A DNA stretch of 24,464 nt from an uncultured Bacilli bacterium. GTDB taxonomy: Bacteria > Bacillota_I > Bacilli_A > RF39 > UBA660. The position numbers and the translations under genes were made by a program. Of the stretch, positions 9,443 through 17,253 are shown piece by piece; within the stretch, counting starts at the first letter, position 1; each line of letters opens with the position of its first letter. The DNA lies in the NCBI GenBank assembly GCA_947586295.1, contig CANPXQ010000001.1:1-24464 (forward strand). Direction: 5' to 3'. The notes below the pieces were generated by a model. The model had not been told where the DNA came from and did no database searches. It saw nothing but the letters and a program-made list of their open reading frames with translations.

Positions 9443-9443
9443 A

Positions 9444-10010
9444 CTAAATCTTATACATTTTATTGTTTTTCTTAGTTACATAGTAGGTAGCAAAAGCCAC
9501 ACCAAGACCGCAAGTTAAAACTATAATTGGTAGAGCAACTCCAGTACTAGGTTGTTTTTCAGAAACTATTTCCTTTTCTACAACTTCGTATCCTTCTGGT
9601 TCAAATAAAATATCACAATCAACTAAATCAACTGGTTTAGTAATTGTAAGTGTTCCAAATGTTATAGTTTTATCACTTACACCTTCAGTGTTGTCACTAT
9701 AAAATAGTTCTACATTTAATGGATCATTTGAAAGTAAAGTCCATCCGGCAGCAGGTTTAAATTCTCCAACTTTAATTTTATCAGTTGCTTCTCCTTTTAC
9801 TCTTGGTGTTACTTTAAATTTTAAAGATGTAAAAGTGTGCGTATTGTTTTCTAGTTTTAATGTATAAGTTTGCGTACACATTCCTTCTTCATCATAGGCA
9901 CAATCTCCAGTCTTTTCAAATTTAAAATCTAGCTTTTCAGCAGCAACTCCTGCAACACCAATTGTTATTCCTAATAACCCTACTAGCAAAAAACTTAAAA
10001 ATTTCTTCAC
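9444..10010 (-). CDS. Secreted cell-wall-anchored protein with QPSTG sorting signal (GTG start)
   Basis: N-terminal signal peptide, beta-rich domain, C-terminal QPSTG + hydrophobic helix + KKNNK basic tail. Confidence 0.75.
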   Translation of the reverse strand: MKKFLSFLLVGLLGITIGVAGVAAEKLDFKFEKTGDCAYDEEGMCTQTYTLKLENNTHTFTSLKFKVTPRVKGEATDKIKVGEFKPAAGWTLLSNDPLNVELFYSDNTEGVSDKTITFGTLTITKPVDLVDCDILFEPEGYEVVEKEIVSEKQPSTGVALPIIVLTCGLGVAFATYYVTKKNNKMYKI

Positions 10011-10138
10011 ACAACATCTCTCCTATCTCTATTATGTCTAAATTATATCATAAAAATACAAAAAACAACATATTTTTTACAATTTTATATTAAAAAATGT
10101 AAATTTGTGTTATTATATTAATGATAATAGGTGAAGAG

Positions 10139-11704
10139 ATGAAGAAAATTCTTATTATAATTAATGATAACAATTTGATATTTAAAGAAAGAAAAAAATT
10201 AAATAATGAATATAAAAGTATTATCAATACCAATGTGATAAGCTGTAATGAACTTCTTTTTTCCGAAGATTATATGAAGGAAAATCCTAAAATTGTTACT
10301 ACCTTTTTAATTGAACTTTCTAAAGCCAATAAAATAGATACAGCTATCATTGAAAATGATGATCTTAATTTAATTGTAATGGATGTTATTAAAAACAATC
10401 CTTATATATTAAATTTAATATTAAAAGAGGATATACCTTTAAATTTTAAAACTTGTGAAAAAATAACGGAATCACACATAAAAAATTTAAATTGTTATAA
10501 CCTTCAAGAATTTATGTTAGAAATACTAGATAAATACCATATTTTGGTAGAATCCCGAAGCGAAATATTATTTCCTTCTAACTTTATGAAAGGCAATAAT
10601 TTATCTAGTTATTCTTCTTTATTTTATAAAATAACTATTCATTTAACTTTACCATTTAATAATGCCGATGAAGAGGACTTTAAAACATTTATCAAAATAA
10701 ATAAATATTTAAAATATATTCACGTAAATGCTGTTAAAAGAAGTGATTTAGAAACAATTGTTGAGATATTAAAAAAATATAATAAAAAAAATATTCACAT
10801 TTTAATTAATGAAAACATAAATGATTTAAGTACCATTGAATATTTAAAAAATTATAATAAAAAACATAGTAAACGTCAAAAAATATATTTTAAAATCTGC
10901 TACAGTGATAGTTACTTACAAGAAAACTTAATAAAACAAACTAATACCAATATATTAAAAAGTTGCGGATTAATAATTATTTTAATTATTGGGGTAACTT
11001 TTAGTTATGTCTTTTATGATAATTACCACTCAATGCAAAAAGTAACGACAATACAAGAAAATTTAAAAAAAGTAATTGAAATAACGGACACCGAATCAAT
11101 AATTGCTAAATTAGATGATGAGATAATTAAAGAAGAAAAACCTTTAAATGAAGAAGTAGCGAAACTTTTGAGCATCAATCCCGAAGTTGTCGGATGGCTT
11201 ACAGTAAACAACACCAATATTGATTATCCCACGGTTAGGGCTAATAATAATGAATATTATTTATCTCATAATATTTATATGGAAAACGATGCTAATGGTT
11301 GGGTTTTTACCGATTATCGTAACGATCCTATAGAACTTAATGATAATTTAATAGTTTATGCTCATAATCGTTACTATAGTGGTGTTATGTTTGGGACTTT
11401 AGCTAATACTACTAAAAAAAGTTGGTATGGCAAAGAAGAAAATCAAATAATTACTTATAAAACATTAAATGAAACATATCATTATAAAATATTTTCAATA
11501 TATAAAATATATAAGACTAATGATTATATTGCTACTTCCTTTACCAGTACAGAAGCAAAAGACATATTTTTCAATAAATTAAAAGATCGGAGTATATATA
11601 ATTTTAATGTTCCAGTAAATGGAAATGATAAAATATTAACTTTATCTACTTGTGCTGATGAAAATAATCGGATAGTAGTTCATGCTGTACTACAAAAGGA
11701 CTAA
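10139..11704 (+). CDS. srtB: Class B sortase with a ~275-aa N-terminal extension (start probably ATG 10139)
   Basis: C-terminal VGWLTVNNTNIDYP, YAHN, TLSTC and downstream R catalytic motifs; TM helix precedes the domain; SD AGGTGA at 10129-10134. Confidence 0.85.
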   Translation: MKKILIIINDNNLIFKERKKLNNEYKSIINTNVISCNELLFSEDYMKENPKIVTTFLIELSKANKIDTAIIENDDLNLIVMDVIKNNPYILNLILKEDIPLNFKTCEKITESHIKNLNCYNLQEFMLEILDKYHILVESRSEILFPSNFMKGNNLSSYSSLFYKITIHLTLPFNNADEEDFKTFIKINKYLKYIHVNAVKRSDLETIVEILKKYNKKNIHILINENINDLSTIEYLKNYNKKHSKRQKIYFKICYSDSYLQENLIKQTNTNILKSCGLIIILIIGVTFSYVFYDNYHSMQKVTTIQENLKKVIEITDTESIIAKLDDEIIKEEKPLNEEVAKLLSINPEVVGWLTVNNTNIDYPTVRANNNEYYLSHNIYMENDANGWVFTDYRNDPIELNDNLIVYAHNRYYSGVMFGTLANTTKKSWYGKEENQIITYKTLNETYHYKIFSIYKIYKTNDYIATSFTSTEAKDIFFNKLKDRSIYNFNVPVNGNDKILTLSTCADENNRIVVHAVLQKD

Positions 11705-11718
11705 TTACTTAGCCCTTT

Positions 11719-12450
11719 TTATTTTTCTATCAAATCACTACTATACCAATAATATTTTCCGTTTTCCATTTTAAAAGTATGTTTATATTTTACCAATTTA
11801 TCTGGTTTCGTAATCTTTTCATTTTCATATTTTACATTATTATTTTTCATAGTCATTCGCTCATCATTAAAACATTCTTGAGTCTCTTTATTACATTTGC
11901 CAAAATAATCATAAATAACTAATTCTTTATTACTATTTATTTCAAAACCATCAAGGCTATGATATACATAATATTCTTCTTTTTCAATATTATCATTATA
12001 AATAGATATTATTTCAGTATCTTCATTATAGATAGCTTTTAATTTATTATCTATTCTAAAATCTAAATAATAAATATTTACATTATTGCCAAATATCGTA
12101 TGAATGGCATCATTAAAGTCATTTATAGGTATTTGTGCTACTTCTTCTTCAAGATGATCATTATTAATAACTATTTTATTATTATCTTTTAAATAATTAT
12201 AAGCCGTAATTAATATATGTTCATAGCTTAAATTATTATATTTAGTAAAGTATCCATTATAGAATCCATACTTTTCGGCATATTTATTTACATATAAATT
12301 TTGATATATATTATTTACTTCACTTTCAGAAATATTTTCTTTCTTTTCCCTATTTCCTTCAAAATTAAATAGCTTAAAGAAAATAAAAATAATTAAAATT
12401 ACCGTAACAGCTACAATTAAAATCATTACCGTTTTTTCTTTCTTTGGCAT
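11719..12450 (-). CDS. Hypothetical protein with N-terminal membrane anchor (start ATG 12450 or GTG 12459)
   Basis: Long ORF, N-terminal hydrophobic helix, SD AGGTGA; candidate promoter TTGTCT(12496-12491)-N17-TACTAT(12473-12468). Confidence 0.75.
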   Translation of the reverse strand: MPKKEKTVMILIVAVTVILIIFIFFKLFNFEGNREKKENISESEVNNIYQNLYVNKYAEKYGFYNGYFTKYNNLSYEHILITAYNYLKDNNKIVINNDHLEEEVAQIPINDFNDAIHTIFGNNVNIYYLDFRIDNKLKAIYNEDTEIISIYNDNIEKEEYYVYHSLDGFEINSNKELVIYDYFGKCNKETQECFNDERMTMKNNNVKYENEKITKPDKLVKYKHTFKMENGKYYWYSSDLIEK

Positions 12451-12483
12451 TACTATCACCTATTTTTATAGTATCAAAAAATA

Positions 12484-12511
12484 ATAAAAAAGACAAGTTA
12501 TTTAACTTGCC
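12484..12511 (-). terminator. Terminator of the 12760-14163 gene, built on the downstream repeat copy
   Basis: Minus strand GGCAAGTTA-AA-TAACTTGTC followed by TTTTT. Confidence 0.75.
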
Positions 12512-12525
12512 ACAATAGGTCGACA
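12500..12525 (+). repeat. 26-bp direct repeat, copy 1 (intergenic)
   Basis: ATTTAACTTGCCACAATAGGTCGACA, identical to 12758-12783. Confidence 0.98.
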
Positions 12526-12758
12526 TGTAGGTTTGTCAAACATATGTGACAGCGTATATGGTTGGCAAACCTACACTGTGCATTTTATCTTCTTTGCATA
12601 GACATTATGCCGAGAAAACACTAAAAGTTAGGCAAGTTATGATATAATTTTTTAATTTGCAGTATTATTTGCTGCCTTTCTGCAAATCAATCATAACTTG
12701 GGTTCCTGACTTTTAGTGGCAAATTGGAATATTGTCACACTTCTATGTAAAATGCACA
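12526..12758. mobile_element. 233-bp non-coding, highly self-complementary insertion (MITE/REPIN-like or structured ncRNA)
   Basis: Hairpin 12526-12575 plus rod 12577-12758, both starting TGT and ending ACA; boundaries coincide with the direct repeats; no meaningful ORF. Confidence 0.6.
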
Positions 12759-12783
12759 TTTAACTTGCCACAATAGGTCGACA
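12758..12783 (+). repeat. 26-bp direct repeat, copy 2 (last codons and stop of the 12760-14163 gene)
   Basis: Identical to 12500-12525; encodes CRPIVAS-stop on the minus strand. Confidence 0.98.
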
Positions 12784-14163
12784 CGTATATCCTTTACTAG
12801 TATAATATGTTCCTATTTCACTATAATTAGTTGGAAAAGCATTATTCCCAGATTCCATATCCAATGTTTCTTTTGGTAAATCAGCTTTTATAGTAATTGT
12901 ATAATTAGCATCATCATAAGTAGCAGTACCGGTAATATTATTATAAGTTAATACACTATCTTTATTTACAGCTACAGTATTATATTCTTCTAAAGTATCA
13001 AATTTAAATGTATATAACCGATATGCATAATTTATATATTGATAACCATTACCACTTTCTTCATTAGCTCCCATAGCAATAAAATCAGTAGTAGTATCAT
13101 TGGTGCAACTTAAATATAATTTTATTGGGGTTTGTAAAACTATCAATTTAGAAGTAACTATACCTTGTTTACCTGAAGCACTAGTTACCGAAATATTAAT
13201 TTCATATTGACCAACCGCAAGAAGATAACTAGATATATTAGTATCAGCTTGAGCAAAAGCATAGGTACATTCTTCTTCGCTACAAGAATCTTCAACAATG
13301 AAATCTTCAGCTTTAAATTCTCGAGTTTCATTTAAACTAGCGAATACTTCTTTGGCTGTTGCTGTAGGGACATTATTGTTAATTATGGTTACATTACCAC
13401 GATGCGTTACTCCATCATTACAAGTAATAGAATATTCATAAGTACCTTCTTTATTAATATTAACATTTGTCGTTATTAAATTACAATTTTTAGAATCTGT
13501 ACCACTTATAGTAGCATAATCATTTATATTAGTAGATAAAGGCGTATTTATTGGTAATTCTAAATTATTTGTCTTAACATCAATGTTCGATTTTTTACCA
13601 CTTGCAGTTTTACCTAAAGATAAATAATAATAAACACCATAAGCAATAGCTCCCAGTAGAACAACAATTAGAATAATAAATAAAACTTTATTCATTGGTT
13701 TTTTCTTATTGCCATTATTAGAATTTTGAGGTACTTCAACTCCCATATTTTCAACTTTTTTGGCTTCAACAAAACCATTACTATTACTATTTACATTGGT
13801 ATTAGCACTATAACTCATTGTTCCGGGTATAGGTTGAGGATAAGGTTCATAATTCATTGACCCATTTTCCAAATTATTATTAGTTGTATTAGTATTAGCA
13901 GTATTCACTGGGTTTTGATTAGCCACATTTGTCTCAGGCGTTATATTAGTTGCTAAAGTTGGATTAACTGGATCATTTAAACTTTCTTCAGCCACAGGCG
14001 TTGGTATAGGGTTAACTCCCCCATTATTCAAAGAAGGGTTTACAGGTTCAGTTTGAACACCAGTATTCACCACAGTTGGTTGTGGGTTTTCAATAGTACC
14101 CAAAGATGTCGAATTTAAGGATTCGACATTAGAATTTTGATTATTTTGATTTTCATTATTCAT
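12760..14163 (-). CDS. Type II membrane surface protein: N/P/T-rich disordered N-terminus, one TM, probable Ig-like extracellular repeats
   Basis: ~155 aa low-complexity N-terminus, TM VLFIILIVVLLGAIAYGVYYYL, beta-rich repeats (GTYEYSITC, GQYEINISVT) with paired cysteines. Confidence 0.7.
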   Translation of the reverse strand: MNNENQNNQNSNVESLNSTSLGTIENPQPTVVNTGVQTEPVNPSLNNGGVNPIPTPVAEESLNDPVNPTLATNITPETNVANQNPVNTANTNTTNNNLENGSMNYEPYPQPIPGTMSYSANTNVNSNSNGFVEAKKVENMGVEVPQNSNNGNKKKPMNKVLFIILIVVLLGAIAYGVYYYLSLGKTASGKKSNIDVKTNNLELPINTPLSTNINDYATISGTDSKNCNLITTNVNINKEGTYEYSITCNDGVTHRGNVTIINNNVPTATAKEVFASLNETREFKAEDFIVEDSCSEEECTYAFAQADTNISSYLLAVGQYEINISVTSASGKQGIVTSKLIVLQTPIKLYLSCTNDTTTDFIAMGANEESGNGYQYINYAYRLYTFKFDTLEEYNTVAVNKDSVLTYNNITGTATYDDANYTITIKADLPKETLDMESGNNAFPTNYSEIGTYYTSKGYTCRPIVAS

Positions 14164-14213
14164 ATAATCAGCCCCTTTATTATCAAAACTATACTTAAAT
14201 TATACATTTTTAA

Positions 14214-15533
14214 TTATAATTTTGCAACTATATTTTTAAATTCATCCCCACGATCTTCAAACTTGGCGTAAACATCTTGACTAGAGGAAGCTGGAGATAA
14301 TAAAACTACTTCATTTGCTAAAACATTTTGATTTATTTTTGCTAATGCATCTGCTAAACTATAACATAAAAAACATTCTTTATTAACACTTTTGGCATAT
14401 TCACCTACTCTTTTTGTTGTAGAACCTATAGCATAGATAGCTTTTACATTAGTTATATATTCATCTAATTCGTGAAAATCTTGGCCTCGGTCTAATCCTC
14501 CTAAAATAAGATGAACTGGACAATTAAAGGTTTTTAAAGCCGTTATTGTGGCTTCAATATTCGTTGATTTAGAATCATTGTAATAGCGAATATTATTCAC
14601 TGTTCTAACCAATTCTAAACGATGTGCTACTCCCGCGAAATTAGCAAAAAAATCTTTTATCGTTAAAGAATCCCAGGCAAAGTTTTTTATTACTAACAAA
14701 GTCGCTAGAATATTTTCATAATTATGATCACCTTTTATTTTTATTTCATTTAAATCCAATACTTTTTCTTTATCTATGTATATACCATCATTATTATAAT
14801 AATTTAACTCATCATTAAAATATATTCTTTTACTTAAAATATCTTGACTAATTTCCAATACATCATTATTTTTTTTATTTAAAATTGCTATATCACTTTG
14901 ACTATGCTTATTAAATATTTTTTTCTTCGCTAATTTATAATTTAAAAAACTGCCATGATAATCTAAATGAGCCTTAGATATATTAGTAATTACCGCAATG
15001 TCGGTTTTAAAATTTTTTAAATCATTTAATTGATGATCAGATAATTCTAATACTAAAATATCATTTTCTTTTACTTCATTAATTATTTCACTTAAAGGAT
15101 ATCCAATATTTCCCCCAAGTTTTACAGGCAACCCTAATTTTTTTAAAAGTTCATAAATCATTGTTGTAACTGTCGTTTTACCATTTGAACCTGTTATACC
15201 AATTATTTTTATATTTTGAGGCAAATAATTATATGCTACTTCTAATTCATTTACCATAGTTATTTTTAAATCATTTATTTTTTTTACAATTAAACTAGTC
15301 GCCATTATGGCGGGATTTTTAATAATCACATCATATGAAGAGTTAATTAAGTCTATTTGTTTATCGGTAATGATAATTTTTATTCCTAACTTTTTTAATG
15401 TTTCTTCGTCTTGTTTATTTAAAGGACAAATATCCGTTAAAGTTATATCATTATTTTTTCCAGCAAGGAGCTTACAAACTGCAATTCCACTTTTAGCAGC
15501 ACCTAAAACTAATATTTTTTTATTTTCATACAT
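14214..15533 (-). CDS. murD: UDP-N-acetylmuramoyl-L-alanine:D-glutamate ligase (start probably ATG 15533)
   Basis: VLGAAKSG, GITGSNGKTT, GGNIG, ELSDHQL, YYNDSKSTN, LLSPASSSQD; promoter TTGCAT-N17-TATAAT upstream. Confidence 0.95.
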   Translation of the reverse strand: MYENKKILVLGAAKSGIAVCKLLAGKNNDITLTDICPLNKQDEETLKKLGIKIIITDKQIDLINSSYDVIIKNPAIMATSLIVKKINDLKITMVNELEVAYNYLPQNIKIIGITGSNGKTTVTTMIYELLKKLGLPVKLGGNIGYPLSEIINEVKENDILVLELSDHQLNDLKNFKTDIAVITNISKAHLDYHGSFLNYKLAKKKIFNKHSQSDIAILNKKNNDVLEISQDILSKRIYFNDELNYYNNDGIYIDKEKVLDLNEIKIKGDHNYENILATLLVIKNFAWDSLTIKDFFANFAGVAHRLELVRTVNNIRYYNDSKSTNIEATITALKTFNCPVHLILGGLDRGQDFHELDEYITNVKAIYAIGSTTKRVGEYAKSVNKECFLCYSLADALAKINQNVLANEVVLLSPASSSQDVYAKFEDRGDEFKNIVAKL

Positions 15534-15593
15534 TTTTATCAACTCCACTTAAACATTATATTATTTCTCCCTATAATATGCAATTTTTTATTT

Positions 15594-15626
15594 AAAAAAA
15601 AGATTAGTTTAAAAGGATAACTAATC
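15594..15626 (-). terminator. Terminator after hsp20
   Basis: GATTAGTT/AACTAATC stem followed by a T-run on the minus strand. Confidence 0.65.
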
Positions 15627-15995
15627 TATTTCAATATATTTTCGTGTTTCTTTTTCTTCTTTTTTAGGAATTTCTAATTTTAAAATACCATCATTAAATT
15701 TAGCTGTAATATTTTCTTCATCCATATCATCTAAATGGAATGTTCTTTCCATTTTTCCATAAACTTTTCTTTCCCGATGAAGATATTTTTTACTTTCTTC
15801 TTCTTTCTTATTTAATTCAGCTCTTATAGTGATATTTTCTTTATTACATTCAATTTTAATATCTTCTTTTCGATATCCTGGAACATCCATTTCAATGTAA
15901 TATTTACCATCTTTTTCATAAATATCACATTTCATCTTTTCTTCTAAAGACATATCGCTTAATAAATCATCAAAAAACATTCTACTTGGTAACAT
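15621..15995 (-). CDS. Small heat-shock protein, Hsp20/alpha-crystallin family
   Basis: DIYEKDGKYYIEMDVPG, RER..YGKMERTF, AKFNDGILKLEIPK. Confidence 0.95.
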   Translation of the reverse strand: MLPSRMFFDDLLSDMSLEEKMKCDIYEKDGKYYIEMDVPGYRKEDIKIECNKENITIRAELNKKEEESKKYLHRERKVYGKMERTFHLDDMDEENITAKFNDGILKLEIPKKEEKETRKYIEID

Positions 15996-16084
15996 AAATA
16001 ATCATCTTCCTTTCTTTTTTTATATTCCCAAAGAATTATTTCTTAGGTGTTGATTTATTCAACAATAATAATATAACACTATAA

Positions 16085-16111
16085 TTAGCACTTGTCAATA
16101 GTAAGTGCTAA
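16085..16111 (-). promoter_or_regulatory. CIRCE operator (HrcA site) overlapping the hsp20 promoter
   Basis: TTAGCACTT-N9-AAGTGCTAA vs consensus TTAGCACTC-N9-GAGTGCTAA; minus-strand -35 TTGACA (16098-16093) and TG-extended -10 TATATT (16075-16070). Confidence 0.92.
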
Positions 16112-16948
16112 TTATTTTAAAATAAAATTAAAATCAATAAATTTTATTTTATATTTTAGTTTTTTTATTTCTTTTTTTATTTCATTTTCTTTTTTTATTA
16201 ATGTTCGAATTTTCATATCATCATCTACTGCTATTTCAATTGTTGCTTGATAATATGAGCCACTTTTAATTAAAAATGAATCACTATATAGTAACTCCTT
16301 ATTGGCATTTATAATTTTAGCAATTGCACTTTTTATTTCTAAATCATTTTTATCGACACCAATTAAAGAAAAAATATTATCATTAATTATTTTTAAGCCT
16401 TCCCATAATATTAAAATACTTATTCCTAAAGACCCTATCAAATCAATCATTGGTAAAAATTGACCTAACACAACAATTATTAAAACTACAGTTGAAGATA
16501 TAACATCAATAAATGATTCTCTTGCAGAACTTATAAGTATCTGACTACGATTTTTTTTACCAACTTGATATAAATAATTACTACTTAAAGTTTTTAAGAA
16601 AATAACAAAAATAATAACATAGATAACATTTAAATTAGGAGCCATATATTTTAAATTAAAAGAATTAAATATTGTAAAACAACCGACAAATAAAACTAAA
16701 AAGCCAATTAACATTTGCGAAATATATTCAATTTTACCATAGCCAAAAGGATACCTTTTATTAGCTCTTCTTTTCGAAATTTTAGCGCTTATTAAAGCAA
16801 TAATATCCGTTATGAAATCACAAATAGAATAATACCCATCAGCAATTAAAGTATAGCTGCCATAAATAATACCCCCACATATTTTTAAAAATGATACTAT
16901 TATATTTATTAAAATACTAAAATATAAAGCTCGACTCTCTTGTTTCAT
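16112..16948 (-). CDS. Cation diffusion facilitator family transporter
   Basis: KRRANKRYPFGYGKIE loop, 6 TM pattern, C-terminal cytoplasmic domain. Confidence 0.88.
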   Translation of the reverse strand: MKQESRALYFSILINIIVSFLKICGGIIYGSYTLIADGYYSICDFITDIIALISAKISKRRANKRYPFGYGKIEYISQMLIGFLVLFVGCFTIFNSFNLKYMAPNLNVIYVIIFVIFLKTLSSNYLYQVGKKNRSQILISSARESFIDVISSTVVLIIVVLGQFLPMIDLIGSLGISILILWEGLKIINDNIFSLIGVDKNDLEIKSAIAKIINANKELLYSDSFLIKSGSYYQATIEIAVDDDMKIRTLIKKENEIKKEIKKLKYKIKFIDFNFILK

Positions 16949-17034
16949 TTTTAACCCCTTACCTTTAATAATAATTTACCATATTTTAACAACATTTTCA
17001 AATTTCCTTTGTTCATAATAATAAGGGAGGGAAA

Positions 17035-17253
17035 ATGAAAGAAGAAAATAAAATATTTACATCTAAAGATCTAGCCTATTTATCCGATATTTTTAATTGG
17101 AATTTAATAGCTAATCAAAAAATTGACTTTTTTCTAAAAAATACGACCGACGAACAAGTAATTGAATTATTTACTAATATTAGTAATATGCATAATGAAT
17201 TTTGTGAAAAAATTATTAATATTTTAAAAAAATGGGAGAATAAGAATGGATAA
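17035..17253 (+). CDS. Small ferritin-like spore-coat-associated protein
   Basis: TSKDLAYLSD...H pattern of small sporulation proteins found upstream of Coat F genes; strong SD GGGAGGG. Confidence 0.6.
   Translation: MKEENKIFTSKDLAYLSDIFNWNLIANQKIDFFLKNTTDEQVIELFTNISNMHNEFCEKIINILKKWENKNG

Noticed and set aside
9377-9443. T-box or lysine riboswitch upstream of lysS
   Set aside because: The intergenic space is only 67 bp and is filled by a terminator and promoter; no T-box motif.
12502-12540. 13-aa peptide MFDKPTCRPIVAS on the minus strand sharing the gene's C-terminus
   Set aside because: No SD and very short; a by-product of the duplication.
12526-12758. Hammerhead-containing retrozyme or viroid-like unit (258-nt period, rod fold)
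   Set aside because: No CUGANGA plus GAAA core found on either strand by eye; other ribozyme classes were not excluded.
12500-12783. CRISPR mini-array
   Set aside because: Only two repeats, a 232-bp self-structured spacer, one repeat is coding sequence, and there are no cas genes.
12500-12787. Diversity-generating retroelement (gene 3' end as VR, downstream copy as TR; one A-to-G difference just beyond the repeat)
   Set aside because: Homology is only about 30 bp with a single difference, and no reverse transcriptase or avd gene is in the window.
13780-14163. Tandem repeat in the surface-protein 5' region
   Set aside because: Low-complexity Asn/Thr/Pro coding with no exact DNA repeat unit.
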